This document shows, one piece after another, positions 1 through 11,350 of a stretch of 64,000 nt of DNA; position 1 is the first letter of the stretch; each line of letters begins with the position of its first letter. This DNA comes from Eledone cirrhosa (Eukaryota). The position numbers and the translations under genes are program-made. Location of the stretch: contig OZ024756.1 of the NCBI GenBank assembly GCA_964016885.1, positions 13,578,001 to 13,642,000 on the forward strand, read 5' to 3'. The notes under the pieces are model-generated. The model saw only the letters and a list, made by a program, of their open reading frames with translations, was not told the origin of the DNA and searched no databases.

Positions 1-19
1 TCTTCAAATTTATTATTAT

Positions 20-67
<48 letters not shown>

Positions 68-130
68 ACTATATATATATATATATATATATATTATTAT
101 TACTGTATATATATATAATATATATATTAT

Positions 131-166
<36 letters not shown>

Positions 167-215
167 AATATATTATTACTATATATATATATATATATAA
201 TAAATATATTATTAC

Positions 216-252
<37 letters not shown>

Positions 253-356
253 ATATATATATATATATATATATAAATATGTGTGTGTGTGTACAGAAAG
301 TGAGAGAGAGAAAGAAAAAGAGAGAGAGAGAGAGACAGACAGACAGAGAAAGAAAA

Positions 357-411
<55 letters not shown>

Positions 412-574
412 TACATATACACACATATTATATATATATATATAAATATAATGTGTATGTGTCTATGTTGCAAATGTATGCATACATATATACATACATG
501 TCTGAGTGCTTAGATGTGTGTATATACGTATATTACATTCGAATATATGCAATTATCCATGCGTATATATGTAT

Positions 575-875
575 GTATGTTCTTCTGGTTTTATAATTTC
601 ACAAAGTTCTACCAATAGAGAGAGAGTCGGTTTCTAACATAGACACAAGACTCTCTCATTGGAATTTACACATCAACTAGGTAGAATATGTATGCATCCA
701 TGTGTAGATATGGATCTTATTGTATGTGTGGATGTGTATGTTTTGAGTTGTATGTGTGCATGTGTATATGCTTTGCATCTGTACATGTGTATATGCAGTT
801 ATTAGATGCAACATTTTTGGAATGTTTTACATATTTTTACTGTTTCATTAATGGATTGTACTTGTAATTTCCTAT
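575..875 (-). mobile_element. 3' end fragment of R4/Dong-like non-LTR retrotransposon
   Basis: Reverse complement matches 49930-50222 (RKLQVQSIN...VKICK plus 3' UTR); flanked by (TATG)n. Confidence 0.75.
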
Positions 876-996
876 GTATGTATGTATGTATGTATGTATG
901 TATGTATGTATGTATGTGTGTATGTATGTATGTATGTATGTATGTATGTATTAATGTATGTGCATATGTATGTATATATGTATGTATATATGTATG

Positions 997-1035
<39 letters not shown>

Positions 1036-1091
1036 GTGAGGGTTTTTTTTACAAAATGAAAAATAATCGAGGTGTCCTACACGAGTGAAAG

Positions 1092-1358
1092 TATAAAGAA
1101 AAAAAGATGAAATCGAAAATGCAACTGGAGTCTTATTTTTAAAAAAATATATATATTTATTTGGTTCCTTTACTGGTTTCGCAGTTCTTCTGCTTTTCAA
1201 AAGTAGAGTTGAGATGGAGGGTCTGTGGTTTTTCGCCTCCCATCTCAACTCTACTTTTGAAAAGCAGAAGAACTGCGAAACCGGCAAAGGAACCAAATAA
1301 ATATATATATTTAAAAAAAAATAAGACTCCAGTTGCATTTTCGATTTCATCTTTTTTT

Positions 1359-1365
<7 letters not shown>
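1092..1365. repeat. Fold-back palindrome (~130-bp arms) carrying two HHR-like motifs
   Basis: 1092-1220 is a near-perfect reverse complement of 1236-1365, with a ~15-nt spacer. Confidence 0.9.
1253..1290 (+). ncRNA. Minimal type I hammerhead-like motif, U3-A8 core variant (mirror copy 1167-1206 on -)
   Basis: CUU-UUGAAAA-GCAG(AAGAA)CUGC-GAAA-CCGG-CA-AAG; the mirror arm has CCAG-UA. Stem I is short. Confidence 0.55.
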
Positions 1366-1393
<28 letters not shown>

Positions 1394-1694
1394 TGTATGT
1401 CAGTGAATGTATGCCTGTGTATGGATGTGTGTGTGTATGCACGTGTGTGTATACCTGTGTATGTATACCTGTGTATGTATGCATGTGTGTGTGTATATAA
1501 TGGTGTTGTTACCTTTGTTAACCAGTTCAATCAACTCTCTGCTGAATGACAATCCAAACCTGACCATCCTGCATTACATTACCTGTGTCTGTCTCATATT
1601 AATATCGTGGCGTGGAATTTCTCAGGGAGTTCGTTTCTGTTTCTAGCACGTACGTCAAGTTAGACCATTTAGAAATGTGCTCCTTAGCTCTTTT

Positions 1695-2072
1695 CTGTTT
1701 CTACTTTTGGCACAAGGCCAGCAATTGCTCCAGTGCATTACTGGTACTTTATTTTATCGACCCCGTAAGGATGAAAGGCAAAGTTAACCTCGGTGGGATT
1801 TGAACTCAGACCATAAAGGGACGTAACTATGCTGGAATGCATTGTGTCCGACCCTCTACCGATACTGCCAATCCCCCATTTCTGTATATAATATACTTTT
1901 GGCACAAGGCCAGCAATTACCCCAGTGCATTACTGGTACTTTATTTCATCGGCACCGTAAGGATGAAAGATAAAGTTAACCTAGGCGGGATTTGAACTCA
2001 GAATGGCAAGGGCCGTTACTCTTTGCTGCAAAGCATGGCGTCCGACCCTCTACCGATACTGCCAATCCACCA
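1695..2072 (-). mobile_element. Two tandem copies of tRNA-derived SINE family 1 (octopus-type)
   Basis: Reverse complement of the 9388-9575 copy (B box gagttcaaatccc; gcctttcatccttacggggtcgataaa). Confidence 0.8.
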
Positions 2073-2271
2073 GCCTTGTGTATATAATGTTACAATCATA
2101 GATGAAGCCCCACACTCTACTCCCCTTCGACACACACTTCCACACACATGCCACCATCCATCCTGGACCTATACCCCATTCTATTATTTTTATTTTTTAT
2201 TATTTTTTTTTATTTTTCAATTTCCTTCCCTAACTTTCCCTTACTACTCTTTCGTGCATCTGTTCTCCCCG

Positions 2272-2312
2272 AACTTTCCTGAAGAAGGACTTCTGTCGGA
2301 AACGTCGACACC
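2272..2312 (+). ncRNA. Degenerate minimal hammerhead in a Penelope-like 3' end
   Basis: CUGAAGA-A-GGAC(UUCU)GUCG-GAAA-CG-UC, downstream of a pyrimidine-rich UTR-like tract and upstream of (CTAT)n. Stems are imperfect. Confidence 0.55.
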
Positions 2313-2390
2313 TTCACCAGTTCCACCATACGTGAACCTAATATAACTGTGTAAAAATTGCCTCCTGTGTTTTGTTTGTTTATTTTTCCA

Positions 2391-2446
<56 letters not shown>

Positions 2447-2447
2447 A

Positions 2448-2662
2448 GGAGTACAAACTCTTCGTACTCCCGGAGATGAGGGTTGCACATTTTTTCGGGG
2501 GTATGTGTTACCCATATAAACTGTCTCCCCCTATTGGGGAAAATCGACTAACTTTTTAAATTGCATTTGTGATAACATTTTACACGTTTTTATTGTATGT
2601 AAACTTCCCCCTTTGTATTTGTCCCCTTCTTTTGTGCCCCTGTGGCTAATAAAGAAACATAT
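2448..2662 (+). mobile_element. 3' UTR fragment of Tx1-like LINE (related copy 14480-14740 on -)
   Basis: Ends tttgtcccct...aataaagaaa like the Tx1 tail at 35600-35850; lies within (TATC)n. Confidence 0.5.
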
Positions 2663-2669
2663 CTATCTA

Positions 2670-2742
<73 letters not shown>

Positions 2743-2809
2743 ATATCTATCTATATATCTATCTATCTATATATATATATATATATATATACATATTTAT
2801 AAAAGGTAA

Positions 2810-3145
2810 ACAGAAATAACACAATCGGTACAGTATATGGAAGGGATATATTAGGTTAACGCTTGATATAGCAGGAAGAGGGTCTTAACGTTTCGGACGC
2901 TAGTCCTTCATCAGAAGAAAGAATGAGAAATAAAATAGATTGAGGGACGGGTGGGATGGACGGGTTGAAATTGGAAAAAAATGTTTTTAGATAAAAATAA
3001 CAGGTCCATTCATGTTGACATCTCTTGCAAAACTGTTGGTGCCGGGGTTTTGTGTACGATTTATTTTTTAGAAAAGTGGATGATGGAGCGCGTCTACCTG
3101 AAATGGAAAAAAAAAACCGTTTTGTAAAAGTAAAAAGAGCTATAC

Positions 3146-3183
<38 letters not shown>

Positions 3184-3193
3184 GCATGCGTGC

Positions 3194-3250
<57 letters not shown>

Positions 3251-4837
3251 ACGTCCGTACGAAGCTAAGAAGAAAAGTGTGTGTATATGTGAGTAAAAGA
3301 GTGTGTGTGCATGTAAGTACGAAGCTAAGAAGAAAAGTGTGTGTATATGTGAGTAAAAGAGTGTGTGTATATGTGAGTAAAAGAGTGTGTGTGCATGTAA
3401 GTACGAAGCTGTAAGCAAAAGTATTTTAATATAAGAGAACAGTGAAGGGAAAAGTGGGCATGTATTAGTTGTAAGAGAAGCTGCTAATGATCAAGAGAAA
3501 GCGATGGGAATCTAGGGGTGTGATAATGGACGGGGTATTAAAGAAATTGGGGAGGTGAGTTGAGTCCAAGAGGGGAATAGGACCCAAGGCGGTGAATCAG
3601 ACTTTGTTCAGTCCTGGTGAGCGAGGCCTGTGATCCACGATGTAAAAGGACACCGAGGATTGAAACATGTAGGCAAGAATGACCAGGAGAACAGAAATGA
3701 CGGGCGACAGGAGTATCCAAACCGAGTCGTATGTCCCTCAAATGTTTAGCAAAGCGGTCCGCCATACGGCGTCCCGTTTGTCCGATATATAAAGACCCGC
3801 AAAGGGAACACCGGAGGGCATAGACAACGTGGGTGGATGTGCAGGTGAAGGAATGGCGGATACGGAAAGACCCGTTACGGCCTGTAAGAGTGGTGAGCGT
3901 GGAAATAAAGGGACAAGTGTTGCAGCGGGAACGGGAACAAGGATGAGAGCCGGGTGGAGTCGTGGGAGAGGACGAAAAAAAAACTGCGAACCAGGAGGTC
4001 GCGGAGGTTGTGGGCGCGCTTAAAAGCAGTAATGGGTCGGTTTGGAAAAAAAGCGAGAAGTGACGGAAGGAACGGAAGATATGTCGCCGGGGTGGTTGGG
4101 TGATGGGGTGGTAGGCGAGAGGGAAAGGAACACGCGTGTTTTTGTGAGAGGGCTGTGGTACGGTCTGTTTCACGGCCGCGGGTGAGAGCAGCTTGGATCA
4201 GGGTGGGGGGATATCCACGCTGGATGAAGCAGGAAGCCATGCGAAGGAGATGGGTTTCAAAATCGTCGTCCTGGCTACAGAGTCGACGAAGACGGAGGAA
4301 TTGGGAATAGGGTATGAAGTGTTTGGTGTGGGTTGGAGGGGAGGAGGTGAAGTCCAGGTAAGATTGGGAGTCTGTTGGTTTAATGAAGATGGAAGTAGAG
4401 AGGGTGTGGTGAGAGTAATTAATAGATAGAAAGATATCTAAAAAAGCGACAGAAGAATCGGAGACGGAGGTAGTGAAGGTGAGAGCAGGATGGAAAGATT
4501 GGACAAAAGAAAGAAAACAGTCGAGCTGTTCTCGTGATAGAGAAGTGGCGCCGATACAGTCGTCGATATAAACGACAGTATAGCTCAGGAGTCGGTCCAG
4601 CGTACTGGCAGAAGATTTGGGCTTCGGCGTAGCCAAAAAATAAGTTGGCATAGTTTGGACCCATTCTGGTTCCCATCGCTACCCCAGAGACCTGTTGATA
4701 AAATTCAACCGAAAAAGAAAATCCATTGAGGGTGAGAACAAGCTCAGCCAGGCGGAGAAGAGTGGTAGTGGTGGGGTAAGGGGTAGGGCGTAAATCTAAA
4801 AAATTTGGAGAGCGCGGAGGCCGTCATCATGAGGGAT
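2810..4837 (-). mobile_element. 5'-truncated, frameshifted Penelope-like element (RT + GIY-YIG endonuclease + 3' pLTR with HHR)
   Basis: RT motifs GVAMGTRMGPNYANLF, YIDD, FLD, KPTDSQSYL and IPYSQFLRLRRLCS, followed by CxxC and VVYALRCSLCGSLYIGQTGR...GLN (GIY-YIG), spread across three frames. Confidence 0.92.
2883..2918 (-). ncRNA. Minimal type I hammerhead ribozyme of the Penelope pLTR
   Basis: UCUU-CUGAUGA-A-GGAC(UAGC)GUCC-GAAA-CG-UU-AAGA. Confidence 0.8.
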
Positions 4838-5161
4838 AAATATATATACTTATATACATGCATATATACAGGTTTTATATCACAGTGACCTTCTCTTAGA
4901 GAGATCTTAATGAAGACTAAGAGTCTCTCGCACCACAAAAAAATTTATTGCATGGCCGTTGACTCTCCTGAGTTCCTTTGCCCTTTGACGGGTTTTGCTT
5001 TTCCTTCCAGAGGGTGTCCAAAAATCACCCTCCTCATGAAGTAGGCTTGTTGGGGAGCCGGTTTTGTTGCCGACCACCTGACCATGCACAAGTTTTACTG
5101 GGTTACATGTTACATATATACATACATACAAACATACATACACACATGCATGCATGCATTC

Positions 5162-5192
<31 letters not shown>

Positions 5193-5221
5193 CATACATA
5201 CATACATACATACATACATAC

Positions 5222-5810
5222 ATGATGGCTGCCCCCTCGTTATCGAGTATGGCCATTGCACGATATACCATTATTAATGTTTATTAATTAATTGTTTGTA
5301 CTTTAGGCACAAGGCCAGCAAACACCCAGTACATTACTGGTACTTTAATGCTATCGTGCAATGCCTGTGCGTGAAGATTTTTTTTAAAGTGAGGAAAGAC
5401 TGTGCACTGAGCCAATCCCACTTTCTGAGAGACAGTAGCTATAACCCGAAAAGAAGAAAAAATCAACATCATCGGTAACTACTGAGCCGCAGGTTTTATA
5501 TCGGAGTTATCCCAGTTTCCCGAGTTGCCTTCTTCTAGAACAATGCCCTGACAAAGGCTAGGGGTCCTTCACTCCCAGTGGTTTAACCGCGCGGTACATG
5601 TGTATATACATATTTACACACTTTCGAAAAGCCGTTGACTCTTATGAGTTCTTCCGCCCTTTGTCAGGTTTTGTTTTTTGTCCTGCAGGGTGTCCAAAGT
5701 CACCCTCCTCACCAAGTAAACTTGGTGGGGTTGCCGGTTCAGTCGCCGACGACCCCACCATGCGTCAGGTTGTACTGGGTTACATGTTATCAGTAGCACT
5801 CAAGAGTGAC
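5222..5810 (-). mobile_element. Non-autonomous RTE-related element with (TATG)n tail (relatives 4865-5110, 25212-25500, 36191-36490, 46971-47458)
   Basis: High identity to 46971-47458; RTE-like 3' end ggccatactcgataacgagggggcagccatcatg; no ORF. Confidence 0.65.
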
Positions 5811-5957
5811 ACGACACATACATACATGCATACACATACATACATCACATACATACAAACATACATATATACATAGATACATTACATACATTACATACAA
5901 ACATACAAACATACATACAAACATACATACATGCATACATACATGCATACATACATA

Positions 5958-6330
5958 CAATGTGAAATAAAGTGTCTTGCTCAAGGAAACAACACATCAC
6001 CCGGTCTTCAATTCTCAGACCGGTTGATGTGTTGTTTCCTTGAGCAAGATACTTTATTTCAAATTGCTCCAGTTTACTCAGCTGTAGAAATGAGATGATA
6101 GGGACTGGGGTCCCTATCATTCCACTGCAAAGTGGTCGTGGAGGTGCCACGGCAAAAAAGCACCCAACCCACACAGTAAAGTGGACGTGTAGGCGCCACG
6201 AAAAAAAGCACCCAGCACTCACTGTAAATGAGGTTGGTGTTAGGAAGGGCATCCAGCTGTAGAAATCAAGCCAGAATCAGTTCCCGTCCCACCCTTGCAA
6301 GCAGGGAAAAGCGGACATAAAATGATGATG
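5958..6330 (+). mobile_element. SINE family 2 (RTE tail) with inverted 5' segment
   Basis: Matches 22827-23163; 5958-6008 is the reverse complement of 6017-6067. Confidence 0.75.
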
Positions 6331-7116
6331 AAAAATACATACGCACATGCATGTATTCATACATACATATATACATGCATGCATATACACACACACATAC
6401 ACACATTCAAACATACATACATACATACAAACATACATACATGCGTACATACATACATACATACATACATGCATGCATGCATGCATGCATGCATGCATGC
6501 ATGCATGCATACATACATACATACATACATACATACATACATACATACATACATACATACGTGCATAGCTGGCACCTTCAAAATTTGTAAAACATTCTTG
6601 CGATTCAAGGGATGATAATTTCTTTTCTTTTACAACCACGCCACCAGGAAAGTGGCCGGTCAAAAATGTACTCGAAATTAAAAGAAAGAGAAACACACAT
6701 AAGGAGAGAGCTAACATTTCACGTGGGACCAGGGAAAGTATGTTTCCATTTTGGTTTTCCCACTGCTGATACTATGAGTCTGTGGTAGTTCCTGGTAGAA
6801 GTGTCACTGCTTCTCCTGTGCTAGGAGGCGAGATTTGAATTCAGATCGCACGGAGCCAAACAGATGCGCGGAACATCCCGTCCGACTATATAACATTTCC
6901 GACACTCCCCTCTTTTCATTCTCTCTCTCTGGATTATTAGTTTTTTTTTTTTATCCAACACATCAAATCCCGAAAAGATGAAAAGCAAAGATTCACTGGG
7001 GCAGGATTTGAACTCAAAATGAAGAGATCCGGAAAAAATAGAAATACCACGGAAAGCATTTCATCTGGCGCTGTAACGTAACGTCTCTGTGGAACTAGGC
7101 TTATACACACATACAT

Positions 7117-7156
<40 letters not shown>

Positions 7157-7184
7157 ACATACATACACACACACACACATACAT

Positions 7185-7362
<178 letters not shown>

Positions 7363-8027
7363 ATGCATACATTTACACACACTCACATCAGTCACACAGT
7401 CAAATATAAACTGAAGTAAGCCTTTTATTATTTTTTGTTTTATTCCGGCTGAGGCACGTGCAGACACGATGTTAACTTCTTCCTGGATTTACGAAGGTAT
7501 TTTTGTCCTCCTGTCTCTCAAATCCCATTTATTTCTATGTCTATCATCGACTACGCTATTGTCTATCATTGTCAACACTATGGTTGACTTCATTTCACTT
7601 TCATAGGTTTGTTAATACTACTTTAGATACGACGTTCACTCCACTTAATTGTTTCAATTAAAATGTGTTTTGTAGAACACGCACAAGTCTGTATCTGTAC
7701 ACACACACATACATATGTGTGTGTGTCTATATACATACATGATTTCTATATAAAATATGTTCCTTCTCTATTTAATACGATATTTCAAACCAACCTAAAA
7801 CAGTTTGTTTTATTATATATTTCTGGCAATGTTATAACAACATCACCCTCTCAAATATAACAATATTGGTTTTATCACACGATTTCATATTAGAAACCTT
7901 GCAAAACAATTTCATATTTGACCAGATTTTTATATATTTGGTGGGTTATAGATGGAAGCGACTACAGTTGAAAAGGGGTACTCAATACGTTAGTAGAGTA
8001 TAGGTATCTTTATTTTATTATATAAAT

Positions 8028-8071
8028 GATTCTACAGGACTAGAACTGTTTCATTCGAAAGAAATCACCAG
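8028..8071 (-). ncRNA. Mutated hammerhead, family A (core CUGGUGA)
   Basis: Reverse complement of the 8355-8407 motif with A6>G and no stem I. Confidence 0.55.
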
Positions 8072-8354
8072 CAACGTATATATTGAATATTAATTTTATT
8101 AAGGAAAAAAATCGTCAACATAATATTACAAATAGAAAGAGAGAAAAACACACACACACACACACACCAGCAGATAATAAATATATCTAAGACCACATAA
8201 AATACACAGCAGGTAATACATACATCTAGGACCACATACAACAAAGGGCAGGCGAAAGGGGTGGACAAACGAATCGCTGCCAGAGCAAAAGATAACAACA
8301 TCGCGAGGAGCACTGGGAAACCTCTAATAATTTTTGAGGCATATATATATATAT

Positions 8355-8407
8355 GAGCTTCCTGATGATTTCTCACGAATGAAACAGTTCTAGTCCTGTA
8401 GAAGCTC
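8355..8407 (+). ncRNA. Type I hammerhead ribozyme, family A
   Basis: GAGCUUC-CUGAUGA-UUUC(UCAC)GAAU-GAAA-CAG(UUCUAGUC)CUG-UA-GAAGCUC; 7-bp stem I, GUA cleavage triplet. Confidence 0.8.
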
Positions 8408-8670
8408 TTCTATATTAATATATGTATATATATATATATATATATATGTATAATTTGGTTGCTCGTGTATACTACTGGCACTAGGTACTACACAGCAACC
8501 TGTTGCATGATCCGGTCATCGGTGTGAAAATCACTGACCCCCCCCCCCCCACCTACACGCTTGGTGTAGAAAGAGATTCTTGTCACCGTAGCCTCCACCA
8601 CACACGACCCACACGAAAGAGAAAACTCATCAAAGGGTGGAACGACGCAAGAGTCGACGTTTATCCTACA

Positions 8671-8742
<72 letters not shown>

Positions 8743-8796
8743 ATATATATAGTGGCGAAACATAAGTCAATTGCATGAACTCATAATCCTTTATTT

Positions 8797-8852
8797 ACTG
8801 CTATATATATTTCGATGATAGCCATTGAATGGCTATGACCTCATCAGGCAGT
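8797..8852 (-). ncRNA. Type I hammerhead ribozyme, family B
   Basis: ACUGC-CUGAUGA-GGUCAUAGCCAUU(C)AAUGGCUAUCAUC-GAAA-UAUAUA-UA-GCAGU. Confidence 0.8.
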
Positions 8853-9387
8853 TAGTCAGTTCTTAGATATGCCAGCTCTGTGTGTATAGTGTTGATGATA
8901 TCAGAGCCTTGGGACTATGTATGTATATATATATATATATATATAGGAAAATGTTTGACCCCGACGGCAGAGCTCAAGCCGTTTTTGCGGTCGGGGTCAA
9001 ACATTTTCCTATTACCCACTCTACTACCCTAAGTATTGAGTACTCTGGTGCGTTATGGTCCATCTGGTTCCTTACCACACCTCCTTCGTTATATATATAT
9101 ATGTGTATGTGTGTGTGTGTGCATATATATATATATATATTTATGTGTAGATGTGTATGTATGTAACTAAAGCCTAACGTACGTTACGAATGGACGACTA
9201 AATGATTTTAACTTGTTTTTTAACAATTGATGGTGGAAAAGATTTCAAATTATCTTAATTGTTTTAACTCGGACCACAACTCACGGTGTCTGACAGCCTT
9301 ACCGGCTACATAGCCTCTTTCATTATAAAGCACACACCATACATACATTACTTTAATTATACAGCACGCACCATACATACATTATTC

Positions 9388-9575
9388 GGTGGATTGGCAG
9401 TATCGGTAGAGGGTCGGACGCCATGCTTTCCAGCATAGTTACGTCCCTTTACGATCTGAGTTCAAATCCCGCCGAGGTTGACTTTGCCTTTCATCCTTAC
9501 GAGGTCGATAAAATAAAGTACCAGTAATGCACTGGATAATTGCTGGCCTTGTGCCTAAAGTAGAAACAATTATTG
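9388..9575 (+). mobile_element. tRNA-derived SINE family 1, full-length copy
   Basis: A box tggcagtatcgg, B box gagttcaaatccc, AT-rich tail. More than 12 related copies in the window (e.g. 16597-16750, 20195-20385, 50930-51240, 53403-53512, 60018-60112, 60480-60612, 60885-61200). Confidence 0.85.
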
Positions 9576-9720
9576 CTTATAAGTTGACTGTATTCCACGA
9601 AATGTGTGTTCCTGCTTGTCTTCGCTGTAATGTCGAATTTAATAATATATTAAAAATGTGCCCCATAGACTGAGTTCTCTAAACCTTGGATATATCTTTA
9701 CCAAATTATTACTACTAATG

Positions 9721-11350
9721 TGTGTGTGTATCAATGTCTCTATGCGTATATATATGTGTGACTCTCTCTGAGCCTGTTTGTGTATGTGTCTGTGTGTGTG
9801 TGTATCAATCTCTCTATGTGTATATGTGTGTGACTCTCTGTGTGCCTGTTTGTGTATGTGTCTGTGTGTGTGTGTATCAGTGTCTCTATGCGTATATGTG
9901 TGTGACTCTCTCTGTGCCTGTTTGTGTATGTGTCTGTGTGTGTGTGTATCAGTGTCTCTATGCGTATATGTGTGTGACTCTCTCTGTGCCTGTTTGTGTA
10001 TGTGTCTGTGTGTGTGTGTATCAATGTCTCTATGCGTATATGTGTGTGACTCTCTCTGTGCCTGTTTGTGTATATGTCTGAGTCTCTGTGTGTGTATCAG
10101 TGTCTCTATGCGTATATGTGTGTGACTCTCTCTGTGCCTGTATGTGTGTGTGTATCAGTGTCTCTATGCGTATATATATGTGTGACTCTCTCTGAGCCTG
10201 TTTGTGTTTGTGTATGTGTGTGTGTGTATCAGTGTCTCTATGCGTATATGTGTGTGACTCTCTCTGTGCCTGTTTGTGTATGTGTCTGTGTGTGTGTGTA
10301 TCAGTGTCTCTATGCGTATATGTGTGTGACTCTCTCTGTGCCTGTTTGTGTATGTGTCTGTGTGTGTGTGTATCAGTGTCTCTATGCGTATATGTGTGTG
10401 ACTCTCTCTGTGCCTGTTTGTGTATATGTCTGAGTCTCTGTGTGTGTATCAGTGTCTCTATGCGTATATGTGTGTGACTCTCTCTGTGCCTGTATGTGTG
10501 TGTGTATCAGTGTCTCTATGCGTATATATATGTGTGACTCTCTCTGAGCCTGTTTGTGTTTGTGTATGTGTGTGTGTGTATCAGTGTCTCTATGCGTATA
10601 TGTGTGTGACTCTCTCTGTGCCTGTTTGTGTATGTGTCTGTGTGTGTGTGTATCAGTGTCTCTATGCGTATATGTGTGTGACTCTCTCTGTGCCTGTTTG
10701 TGTATGTGTCTGTGTGTGTGTGTATCAGTGTCTCTATGCGTATATGTGTGTGACTCTCTCTGTGCCTGTTTGTGTATGTGTCTGTGTGTGTGTGTATCAG
10801 TGTCTCTATGCGTATATGTGTGTGACTCTCTCTGTGCCTGTTTGTGTATGTGTCTGTGTGTGTGTGTATCAGTGTCTCTATGCGTATATGTGTGTGACTC
10901 TCTCTGTGCCTGTTTGTGTATGTGTCTGTGTGTGTGTGTATCAGTGTCTCTATGCGTATATGTGTGTGACTCTCTCTGTGCCTGTTTGTGTATGTGTCTG
11001 TGTGTGTGTGTATCAATGTCTCTATGCGTATATGTGTGTGACTCTCTCTGTGCCTGTTTGTGTATGTGTCTGTGTGTGTGTGTGTGTATCAATGTCTCTA
11101 TGCGTATATGTGTGTGACTCTCTGTGCCTGTTTGTGTATGTGTCTGTGTGTGTGTGTATCAATGTCTCTATGCGTATATATGTGTGACTCTCTCTGTGCC
11201 TGTTTGTGTTTGTGTATGTGTGTGTGTGTGTATCAGTGTCTCTATGCGTATATGTGTGTGACTCTCTCTGTGCCTGTATGTGTCTGAGTATGTGTGTGTA
11301 TCAGTGTCTCTATGCGTATATGTGTGTGACTCTCTCTGTGCCTGTTTGTG
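9721..11350. repeat. Minisatellite, ~72-bp unit built from TG/TC microsatellite
   Basis: Recurring unit tatcagtgtctctatgcgtatatgtgtgtgactctctctgtgcctgtttgtgtatgtgtctg(tg)n. Confidence 0.95.

Noticed and set aside
1-600. Tyr/Ile-rich ORFs here and at 24856-25292, 51562-53465 and 58321-59611
   Set aside because: Translations of (TA)n/(TG)n microsatellites.
7380-7505. Possible non-coding first exon (donors GAA|GTAAGC and AAG|GTATTT); a similar candidate at 16984-17042
   Set aside because: Splice-like motifs alone are not enough without transcript data.
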